Shown: positions 6,762 through 13,126 of the stretch, one piece after another | Layout: each line of letters begins with the position of its first letter | How positions within the stretch are numbered: the first letter of the stretch is position 1 | From: Methanobacteriota archaeon | GTDB lineage: Archaea; Hydrothermarchaeota; Hydrothermarchaeia; Hydrothermarchaeales; JACRDW01 | Length of the DNA stretch: 14,889 bases | Assembly: GCA_043820925.1 (NCBI GenBank) | Contig: JBDRDL010000031.1 | Coordinates: 1-14,889 of the forward strand | Reading direction: 5' to 3' | Notes under the pieces: model-generated | What the model was told of the DNA's origin: nothing | Seen by the model: only the letters and a program-made list of their open reading frames with translations | Database searches by the model: none | Program-made: the position numbers and the translations under genes

Positions 6762-7912
6762 ATACCCAAGTTCGCCATCACTCCTTCCGCCGGCTTGCTC
6801 TGCTGTTGCGAGCCCAATCTCATTGGCTGCCTTAGTTTCATGTAGTTTCTGGATATATTTCTCCCTGGCACCTGAATGTCGCTCGAAGAAGGTCCAAGAA
6901 TATCTGGAGACTGAACGCCTGTAATTATAACCATTACCTGCACTCTGCCGCCGAAGTTCGGGTCGATTCTTGCGCCCCATATAACGTTGGAATCGTTGCG
7001 CAGGTAGGACGTTGCAATCTCTCCGATTCTGTTAGCTTCTGCCAGCGTTAAATCAGGTCCGCCTGTTATGTGAACCATCGCTCCAATAGCGCCGCGGTAG
7101 TCTACATCGAGCAGCGGATTCTCAAGAGCATGCGTAACTGCTTCCTCTGCTCTGTTTCTGGTATCGCTTTCACCGAGACCGATCATTGCGATTCCCCTGC
7201 CAGAGCCTTCTCTCATAACAGACCTTACGTCTGCAAAGTCAAGGTTTATCAGGCTCGGAGTTGAAATTGTCTCTGTTATTCCCTTGACCATGTTTGCGAG
7301 TATGTCGTCAGCTACCTTGAAGGCGTCTTCCATCGGCAGGTCAGGCACGTGGTTAAGCAGCTTGTTGTTGTCGATTACAACGACGCTGTCGCAGTTCTTC
7401 CGCAGCCTTGCCAGTGCATCCTTCGCCTTTCCGATTCTCGCCCTCTCTATTTTGAAGGGCATTGTTACTGCGCCGACTATGACTGCACCAGTAGTTCGAG
7501 CAACCTCTGCAATCACCGGCAATGCTCCGGTACCAGTTCCTCCGCCCAAGCCGCTCGTCAGGAAGATTAAGTCAGCTCCTTCCAGCAGCTCCTTTATCGC
7601 CGGCTTAGCCTCGACAGCAGCCTGCTCTCCTACCTCAGGGTATCCTCCGGCACCAAGACCTTTTGTCAGCTCATAGCCGATCAACACCTTCTTGTCTGCG
7701 GAAACAGTCGACAGATGCAGCTTGTCTGTGTTCACTGCTATCAGATGCGCTCCCTGTACGCCAAGGTGGCTTAACCTGTTTATTGTGTTGTTCCCAGCAC
7801 CGCCTACTCCCACTACTATTATTTTCGCCTCTCCAAAGCCCTGCTTGGACATTGGATCGTACTTACCCAACGTTTTGTTGGCTTCTCTCGCTTTTTCAAA
7901 CATCGATTCCAT
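6746..7912 (-). CDS. ftsZ: Cell division protein FtsZ (archaeal FtsZ2 type)
   Basis: GVGGAGNN, NTD, GLGAGG, GGGTGTG signature, NLDFAD. FtsZ2-type PFKIERAR, DNNKLL, PSLINLD; C-terminal LGIDYI. Confidence 0.97.
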   Translation of the reverse strand: MESMFEKAREANKTLGKYDPMSKQGFGEAKIIVVGVGGAGNNTINRLSHLGVQGAHLIAVNTDKLHLSTVSADKKVLIGYELTKGLGAGGYPEVGEQAAVEAKPAIKELLEGADLIFLTSGLGGGTGTGALPVIAEVARTTGAVIVGAVTMPFKIERARIGKAKDALARLRKNCDSVVVIDNNKLLNHVPDLPMEDAFKVADDILANMVKGITETISTPSLINLDFADVRSVMREGSGRGIAMIGLGESDTRNRAEEAVTHALENPLLDVDYRGAIGAMVHITGGPDLTLAEANRIGEIATSYLRNDSNVIWGARIDPNFGGRVQVMVIITGVQSPDILGPSSSDIQVPGRNISRNYMKLRQPMRLGSQQQSKPAEGVMANLGIDYII

Positions 7913-7960
7913 TTTTTACCCCCTTTTTTGTGTGAATGAGTGAATAGTTGTGAATAAGAG

Positions 7961-7980
7961 CATATATAAAGCTTTCGGTT
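7961..7980 (-). promoter_or_regulatory. ftsZ promoter (BRE-TATA)
   Basis: Minus strand AACCGAAAGC-TTTATATATG, a near-consensus archaeal BRE/TATA; GGGGGT RBS before ATG 7912. Confidence 0.8.
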
Positions 7981-8060
7981 TTTTACGCTATTTTTGACTA
8001 TTTTTTATAAATGAGCAGTGAATGAAACGTTAATACAATAAATACGCAATTATGGCGCAT

Positions 8061-8076
8061 CAAAAGATTTATATAT
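8061..8076 (+). promoter_or_regulatory. Promoter of the divergent winged-helix gene (BRE-TATA)
   Basis: CAAAAGA-TTTATATAT; AGGTGA RBS at 8136-8141. Confidence 0.7.
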
Positions 8077-8146
8077 GTAGAATGTGAAGCTACTTCGCAA
8101 GTTATAAGCACAAGTGAATGAAGTAATATGTGAAAAGGTGAATAAG

Positions 8147-8740
8147 ATGGAAGACCCGATTTCGATTAACCTCGAAGTGCAGGACAGATTTGGAAAATCA
8201 AATTTAAGCATCGAAGGAGCAGACCTCGAAGATGCGAGGGAAAAAATACTGCATCACTTAAATTACATTTACCAGAGCGAAACTTTTACAGACATATCTA
8301 TAGAAGCTAAGGACAGAACAGGCGGAAGCAGGGTCAACAGGACGTTCCCGAAGATAAGGTTCGATGAAGCAAAGAGCAGGCTCTCTGACTTCCTTGCATA
8401 TATCTATCGTGCTGCTACCGAAGAGATTTACATTGGTTCTGGAGAGGCACTGCAAGCAATGCCTGAAAAAAATTGGCTGAGCAGCTACGAATTGAGCAGC
8501 CTTTCCCAGAAGGACAAAGTTTTTGCGCTTCTGAAGCACAACCACGCAGGAGAATGGGTACAGTCACAGGACATACAGCAGGAATACGAGATAATCTTCG
8601 GAGAAAAAATAAAGCTCAGCTCGCTCTCGACATATCTTGCGAGGTTCCACGCCCATGGCTCTCTAGAACGAAAAGGCTCAAGGGCGCAGAGAGAATACAG
8701 GCTGCCAGGCGAGGGTATTAGCGCCCTCTCACCGCTTTAA
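8147..8740 (+). CDS. Hypothetical DNA-binding protein: two N-terminal repeats plus a C-terminal winged helix
   Basis: Repeats INLEVQDRFG...LEDAREKILHHLNYIY and ISIEAKDRTGG...FDEAKSRLSDFLAYIY. C-terminal WVQSQDIQQEYE..KIKLSSLSTYLARFHAHGSLERKGSRAQREYRL fits a wHTH. Start moved to ATG 8147. Confidence 0.75.
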   Translation: MEDPISINLEVQDRFGKSNLSIEGADLEDAREKILHHLNYIYQSETFTDISIEAKDRTGGSRVNRTFPKIRFDEAKSRLSDFLAYIYRAATEEIYIGSGEALQAMPEKNWLSSYELSSLSQKDKVFALLKHNHAGEWVQSQDIQQEYEIIFGEKIKLSSLSTYLARFHAHGSLERKGSRAQREYRLPGEGISALSPL

Positions 8741-9428
8741 TAACCCGCAGAATTTCTTCGGGATGATTTAAAATTCTGACGAATTCCATCTTTTTCAATT
8801 TTTTCAGATTTTCAACATCTATCTTTCTTGCTTTTATTCCAACTTTTTTTCCGCCGATTATTGCATTATATCTGCACAGCGATTCACAAATACCGCAGGA
8901 GTTGCAGCGCAGCAAGTCTATCCTAAAGCTAATAATTGCGCCTCTTTCGCACCTGTTCGCAGGTTCACAGGTCTTGCACCTTCTGCAAAGCTCCTTATCT
9001 ATATAATAGGGCAAGGTAGTCGTAGTTTTCTTTGCAGCTCTGTCAACTGAGCATATGTAAACAGGTACCCCGCACTTCATCGCATGCGAGGCAGCGTTGG
9101 TGACGAGCGTATCCGATATCCCATGGGCTATCTTCGCCACTGTATTTGCGGTCGCTGGAGAGATTATCAGCGCTTCGTACTTTCCCAAAAAAAATCTGCC
9201 GGTAGAGGGAGAGCTTGAGCCCTCTTTAGAGTGCGTAAAAATCTCCTGCAGATATTTGCCTGGAGAGATTTTTTTCAATTTACTCCAAAGTCCATAAGCT
9301 TTCACTACCTCCTCTCCGCTTTCTGAAAGGAAAGTCGTAATTTTGTGCGATTTCGCAAGTTTTTCTAAAACTGCGAAGCTCTCCTGCAAGTAATGACCTG
9401 CCCCTGTTATGCACCATGCTATGTTCAT
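8718..9428 (-). CDS. dmrX: Dihydromethanopterin reductase (acceptor), iron-sulfur flavoprotein
   Basis: IAWCITGAGH, SPATANTVAKIAHGISDTLVTNA flavoprotein motifs, plus a ferredoxin insert CRRCKTC..C / CNSCGICESLC, as in the MJ0208 family. Confidence 0.88.
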   Translation of the reverse strand: MNIAWCITGAGHYLQESFAVLEKLAKSHKITTFLSESGEEVVKAYGLWSKLKKISPGKYLQEIFTHSKEGSSSPSTGRFFLGKYEALIISPATANTVAKIAHGISDTLVTNAASHAMKCGVPVYICSVDRAAKKTTTTLPYYIDKELCRRCKTCEPANRCERGAIISFRIDLLRCNSCGICESLCRYNAIIGGKKVGIKARKIDVENLKKLKKMEFVRILNHPEEILRVIKAVRGR

Positions 9429-10036
9429 ATTCTCAGCGCAACCAATAATTTTTTTATTTTTCTATACTCCTCAGGACTCAAGCTCTTGCGCATGATTCTT
9501 GTACAGCGCCGCAAATCTTCTTTTCTCTCCCTCGAGAGCGCTATCGCAAGCTCGACAGCAGCAAATAATCCCCTGTTCACTGCCACAGGATACCTCCTAT
9601 TCACAACCACCCTCGAAACTTCGCATCTCGCAGCGCAAAACTTGCTTTTTTTGTATTCGTCTTTCTTTACATACTTCCTGTGCTCCTTTAGCTTTGCTTC
9701 AATGAATGCATGCGCATCTTTTAAGAAAGGCGCATTTACATTTGCTTTTTTAATTTCATTTTTTCCAACTTCAGGCTCCTTGCAGCCTTTTGCCCTGCCA
9801 ATTAGAGCGGTCTTCAAAAACAAATACGGGTCGAAAATTAAATTTATCACGCAGCACTTGTTTCTGAGCAAGTTTGAACAGGTGTCGCTCTCCACATGTA
9901 TCTTCATTATCACTTCCTTTTCGCTCAGGGCATAAACTCCCATCGGCGCAGCGTTGGGACTGCCATCTTCATTATAAGTCGTTACTATGCACTCTGCAAT
10001 GCCTCCTTTTCTGAATCCGAGGTCAAAAAGGCTCAT
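9425..10036 (-). CDS. DUF447 family protein
   Basis: ECIVTTYNEDGSPNAAPMG, T..NL, NRGLFAAVELAI motifs; ATGA overlaps on both sides. Confidence 0.85.
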   Translation of the reverse strand: MSLFDLGFRKGGIAECIVTTYNEDGSPNAAPMGVYALSEKEVIMKIHVESDTCSNLLRNKCCVINLIFDPYLFLKTALIGRAKGCKEPEVGKNEIKKANVNAPFLKDAHAFIEAKLKEHRKYVKKDEYKKSKFCAARCEVSRVVVNRRYPVAVNRGLFAAVELAIALSRERKEDLRRCTRIMRKSLSPEEYRKIKKLLVALRI

Positions 10037-10941
10037 ATTTTCAACCCATTCAGCAGCGCAATCATGAGCGAGGAGGTTACCAAGTCAGCAGTAGTTCCAG
10101 GATTCAGCCTGTTATTTTTGTCTCTCAGCTTTCTGTCAAATTCGCTGAGCCTCCCTGCATCCATTCCTGTCTCCAAAACAGCCCTCGCCTCCTGCGAAAT
10201 TTCCTGCGCAACTTTCATGCTGTTCTTCCTCGCAATTAGAGAATCTGGAACTCGGGATAATATTTCCAGGAAGCTGTAAAGAATCGCAGCGTTTATGTCC
10301 TTCTTTTTTGAATAAGATTCTCTTATCTTAGGATAACCGATTTCGAATGAAATTCTCATTTTGGTTGTGAGTTCCTCGGCAATTGAGTCTTTTGAAAATT
10401 TGAAAATATCATATAAATTTAACTTCTTCTTGATAATCTCCCTGTCTGAACATTTGTCATTTACATCCAGCTTTCGCAATTTTCCAAGCCCTCCTGGCTT
10501 TGCTGCTCTAATTGCTTCATACAAAAAAAGAGAATCCTTGTATGTGCTTTTTTTTATTATTGAGTCAAGATTCTTCCTTATGTTTTTGTTTTCGATTTTT
10601 TTTAATTTTGAAATCATAACTCCGCACGCAGCAGAGAGGGGAATTAAAAGCATCGCTGTTCCTAAATTCGTGTTCCTGCCGCTGTGCCATCTCTTTGTTT
10701 CGAATACAGCATCTCTTATCAGTCTGCCAACGCCGATATTGCTGATGCTTATGTTTCCTTTTCCAGCCTCAAATCCTCTCGATGCAGCGCCCTCTGCAAA
10801 CCTGCCGATAGCTATTCCGCTCGCCAGGAAATGCTCGTATTTTGTGTCTCTAAAATCATGGTAGCGATTTACGTTTCCTGGCTTTGGGGCGCTTGCTTCC
10901 AAAACGCACGCAAGCTGTGCGCAGGTAGCAATTTTCTTCAT
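10033..10941 (-). CDS. CitG-family (triphosphoribosyl-dephospho-CoA synthase-like) protein, archaeal/C1-cluster type
   Basis: LEASAPKPGNV, NTNLG, PDSLIARK, NPGTTADL. Confidence 0.9.
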   Translation of the reverse strand: MKKIATCAQLACVLEASAPKPGNVNRYHDFRDTKYEHFLASGIAIGRFAEGAASRGFEAGKGNISISNIGVGRLIRDAVFETKRWHSGRNTNLGTAMLLIPLSAACGVMISKLKKIENKNIRKNLDSIIKKSTYKDSLFLYEAIRAAKPGGLGKLRKLDVNDKCSDREIIKKKLNLYDIFKFSKDSIAEELTTKMRISFEIGYPKIRESYSKKKDINAAILYSFLEILSRVPDSLIARKNSMKVAQEISQEARAVLETGMDAGRLSEFDRKLRDKNNRLNPGTTADLVTSSLMIALLNGLKI

Positions 10942-11846
10942 CTTCCAACCGCCGCAAGCGCAACTTTCGCTAAATTTCTTTTATCCTCCAAGTTTCGCAT
11001 TAGTATGTTAGTTTTGAAGCATTTTATTTCTTTGATATTTTCCTCAGCACTATCTGTTATAAGCGAGCTTACCAGCTTGCTGTACAATTTTGCAACGCTC
11101 TGCGAGGAAATGCGCAGCCCTTTCGCCCGCATGAACTTTTCTGCAGGTCCGCTTATCGTCTTGCCAGAGATTATAGGCGAAATTGCGGTGCACTTCTCCT
11201 TCTTTTTCTGCATCGCCTCTCTGATATCTCCCAGCGAAATTATCGGCAGAATGCTTGAGACTGGGTTGCTCGGTCCGATTATTATGCCCTCTGCTTTTTT
11301 TATTGCTTTCACAGCTTTTCTACATCCTCTGGCTTTTTCTATACCCTTAAAAAAAACATCCACAACCTTTGGCTTGCCTTTGTTTTCAACCCAGAATTCG
11401 TGAAATGACATCTCTTTTTTCTCTGTTACGATTCTCGTCTCAATTCTGTCGTCGCTCATCGGAAAAACTCCTGCTTTTATTCCGAAAGCTTTCCTCTGAA
11501 TTTCAATAGCCTCTGAAAGCTTTTTTCCCTTCCGCAGCAGCTCTCCCTTTTGTATCTGCGTAGCCCTGTCTCTGTCGCCTATTCTCAGAACTTCTTTACA
11601 GCCGAGCGCTATGAGTGCTTCATGCGTAGCGAAGGTATCTCCTCTTATTCCGTACCAAGTTTCTTCGTTGATTTCGTCGCTGAGGGTGTAGAGCACGGTA
11701 TCCACATCTGGCGAAAAATAGCCGTGCGGCAGCCAGCAGTCTTCTGCAGTATTTACGATAACGCTAAGCTTTTTTTGCTCAACGACTTCTTTCAGACCCT
11801 GCAAAAGCTTGGGAGTGCCGGTGCCGCCCGAGAGAACGACGATCAT
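10938..11846 (-). CDS. cofD: 2-phospho-L-lactate transferase (F420 biosynthesis)
   Basis: LSGGTGTPKLL, NTAED, SPDVDTVLY, IGDRDRAT, PMSDD, IIGPSNPVSSI. Confidence 0.95.
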   Translation of the reverse strand: MIVVLSGGTGTPKLLQGLKEVVEQKKLSVIVNTAEDCWLPHGYFSPDVDTVLYTLSDEINEETWYGIRGDTFATHEALIALGCKEVLRIGDRDRATQIQKGELLRKGKKLSEAIEIQRKAFGIKAGVFPMSDDRIETRIVTEKKEMSFHEFWVENKGKPKVVDVFFKGIEKARGCRKAVKAIKKAEGIIIGPSNPVSSILPIISLGDIREAMQKKKEKCTAISPIISGKTISGPAEKFMRAKGLRISSQSVAKLYSKLVSSLITDSAEENIKEIKCFKTNILMRNLEDKRNLAKVALAAVGR

Positions 11847-12583
11847 CTAAATACGTCCTCCCTCTTTTTCCTTATCAAATCTTTTACTTTTCCATTGCCG
11901 AGAAAATTTAGACCTCTTATTATTACTACAGGTATTTTTTCACTCGCCTCTCCTATGATTAAGTTTGCAGCAGAAGCTAGGCAGTCTGCAATCGCCACTC
12001 TCGTAATTTGCAGCTCTCTTTCAAACAAATCTTTGTCTCCCCGCCTGTCCCACAAAACTTTGATTCCGGAAGCTCCGATTGCCATGCCCACCGTGCCGTA
12101 TCTGAAGGGTCTTCCAGACGAATCCATGATTACTACGCCTATTTTTTTTCCAGTTTTTTCTTCCAAGCCTCTTCTAATTCGTTTTGCACTTTTGTCAGGG
12201 CTTCGTGGCAATAGCTTGGCTTTTCCTTTCTCGACGTTGCTCTGGTCTATTCCAGCGTTTGCGCACACAAAGCCCTGCTTCGTTTCAACGATTATGAAAT
12301 TTTTTCCAATTCTCAGAACCTCTTTTGACTCCCTAAGTATCAGCTCGACTATGCGGGGGTCTTTTCCAGTTTTCCTGCTTAAAGCTATGGCTCTCCTTGA
12401 AGGTTTTACTTCACCTAAGTCAACGAGCCGTCCTTCAGCCTTTGCGACAATTTTTTCTGTAACTGCAACTATATCGTTATCCTCCAGAGCGATTCTTTTT
12501 TCTTTGAGTGCCGAAGATATTATCTCAACTAAGTCATCGCCATCTCTTATTAGCGGAAGATTGTCCAAGCCAATAATTTCCAT
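11843..12583 (-). CDS. cofE: Coenzyme F420-0:L-glutamate ligase
   Basis: GDDL, KIVAKAEG, CANAGIDQSN, DSSGRPFR, PVVIIRG. Start moved to MEIIGL (12583), with TTTAAA 25 bp upstream. Confidence 0.95.
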   Translation of the reverse strand: MEIIGLDNLPLIRDGDDLVEIISSALKEKRIALEDNDIVAVTEKIVAKAEGRLVDLGEVKPSRRAIALSRKTGKDPRIVELILRESKEVLRIGKNFIIVETKQGFVCANAGIDQSNVEKGKAKLLPRSPDKSAKRIRRGLEEKTGKKIGVVIMDSSGRPFRYGTVGMAIGASGIKVLWDRRGDKDLFERELQITRVAIADCLASAANLIIGEASEKIPVVIIRGLNFLGNGKVKDLIRKKREDVFR

Positions 12584-12618
12584 GCTCGAGAATACAACAG
12601 CGATACGTTTAAATTTAT

Positions 12619-12760
12619 TGCTTGCGTAAGCAAGTACGTAGGCATTGCGCAAGCAAGACCGCCAGCTTTCGCAAGAAAGAATGGCGGACATGCCAGCTTC
12701 CTTACGGAATTCTTGCGCACTACCTTACGGTATTGCGCATAGTTCCGCTGCGCTCCACTA
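12619..12760. repeat. Array of short hairpins with C-G(N)NA-G loops, in both orientations
   Basis: TGCTTGC-GTAA-GCAAGTA; TTGC-GCAA-GCAA; CCGCCA..CTTTC-GCAA-GAAAG..TGGCGG inside GGCAT/ATGCC; TTCC-TTAC-GGAA; TGCGCA.TACC-TTAC-GGTA.TGCGCA; GC-TGC-GC inside TAGT/ACTA. Confidence 0.7.
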
Positions 12761-12762
12761 GT

Positions 12763-12834
12763 GCGGCCGTAGTCTAGCGGTTAGGACTATAGCTTCCCAA
12801 GCTATCTGCCCGGGTTCGATCCCCGGCGGCCGCA
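12763..12834 (+). tRNA. tRNA-Gly (CCC)
   Basis: GCGGCCG/CGGCCGC acceptor stem, ATAGC-TTCCCAA-GCTAT anticodon arm, CCGGG-TTCGATC-CCCGG T arm; no intron, no encoded CCA. Confidence 0.96.
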
Positions 12835-12900
12835 TAGCCCAGCATAATTTCTGTATCGCCTTGATTCGCAGCAGCCGTAGGTCTCGAAGTAAATTTTCAT
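12835..12900 (-). pseudogene. 5' stub of a MiaB/MtaB-like tRNA methylthiotransferase gene, frameshifted and truncated
   Basis: ATG 12900 gives MKIYFETYGC, then a shifted frame gives ANQGDTEIMLG, matching the UPF0004 N-terminal motif TxGCxxNxxD(S/T)E. Similarity cannot be followed past the tRNA-Gly 3' end. Confidence 0.75.
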
Positions 12901-12921
12901 AGAATCAACATTGCAAGCAAG

Positions 12922-12994
12922 TGGGCCCGGGGAGGATTGAACTCCCGACCTGCTGTGTGTGAGACAGCCGTCATAACCACTAGACCACGAGCCC
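12922..12994 (-). tRNA. tRNA-Val (CAC)
   Basis: GGGCTCG/CGGGCCC acceptor stem, GCTGT-CTCACAC-ACAGC anticodon arm, GGGAG-TTCAATC-CTCCC T arm. Confidence 0.95.
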
Positions 12995-12996
12995 AT

Positions 12997-13097
12997 ATAG
13001 CCCTTTCTTTCAGAAAGTAGAAAGGTCTATCACCCCAAAGAAAATTTGTAACGATTGCAATTTTTTCCCGAGGGTTTTTGCGATAGCAAAAAGGCTC
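12997..13097. repeat. Three consecutive hairpins upstream of tRNA-Val
   Basis: ATAG.CCTTTCT/AGAAAGG.CTAT (12997-13030); AAAATTTGTAA-CGA-TTGCAATTTTT (13041-13065); GAG..TTTTTGC-GATA-GCAAAAA..CTC (13070-13097). Confidence 0.6.
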
Positions 13098-13101
13098 CGT
13101 A

Positions 13102-13124
13102 CATAACCACTAGACCACGAGCCC
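13102..13124 (-). repeat. Exact 23-bp duplicate of the 5' end of tRNA-Val
   Basis: CATAACCACTAGACCACGAGCCC occurs at 12972-12994 and 13102-13124; the match extends by CCGT after a 1-nt insertion. Confidence 0.95.
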
Positions 13125-13126
13125 GT

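Larger units (their letters stand above)
7932..8143 (+). repeat. Six co-oriented GTGAAT boxes plus two GTGAA variants in the ftsZ/wHTH intergenic region
   Basis: GTGAAT at 7932, 7940, 7950, 8018, 8114, 8138; GTGAA at 8084, 8130. 10-bp identities GTGAATAAGA (7950, 8138) and AGTGAATGAA (8017, 8113). Confidence 0.7.

Noticed and set aside
7932..8143. Replication origin (ORB) interpretation of the repeats
   Set aside because: The boxes are short, lack ORB-like G-strings, and there is no cdc6/orc1 gene in the window.
8718..8740. 23-bp convergent overlap between the wHTH gene and dmrX
   Set aside because: Short tail-to-tail overlaps are common in compact archaeal genomes.
10361..12629. Long plus-strand ORFs (10361-10864, 10684-11403, 11550-12629) and similar shadows over ftsZ, ino1 and others
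   Set aside because: They are antisense to well-supported genes, have Ser/Phe/Leu-rich mirror composition and show no motifs.
12584..12691. N-terminal extension of cofE in the ORF track (likewise the longer starts for KaiC, ino1, 6609 and 8114)
   Set aside because: The extensions run through TATA boxes, hairpins or upstream ORFs; downstream ATGs match family N-termini or have RBS/TATA support.
12802..12996. 64-aa ORF
   Set aside because: It reads through both tRNA genes; only the internal MKIYFETYGC stub is meaningful.
12972..13124. CRISPR array, split tRNA or intron-containing tRNA
   Set aside because: Only two copies, identical to tRNA sequence, with no cas genes. The downstream tRNA-Val is already complete, and I found no convincing bulge-helix-bulge.
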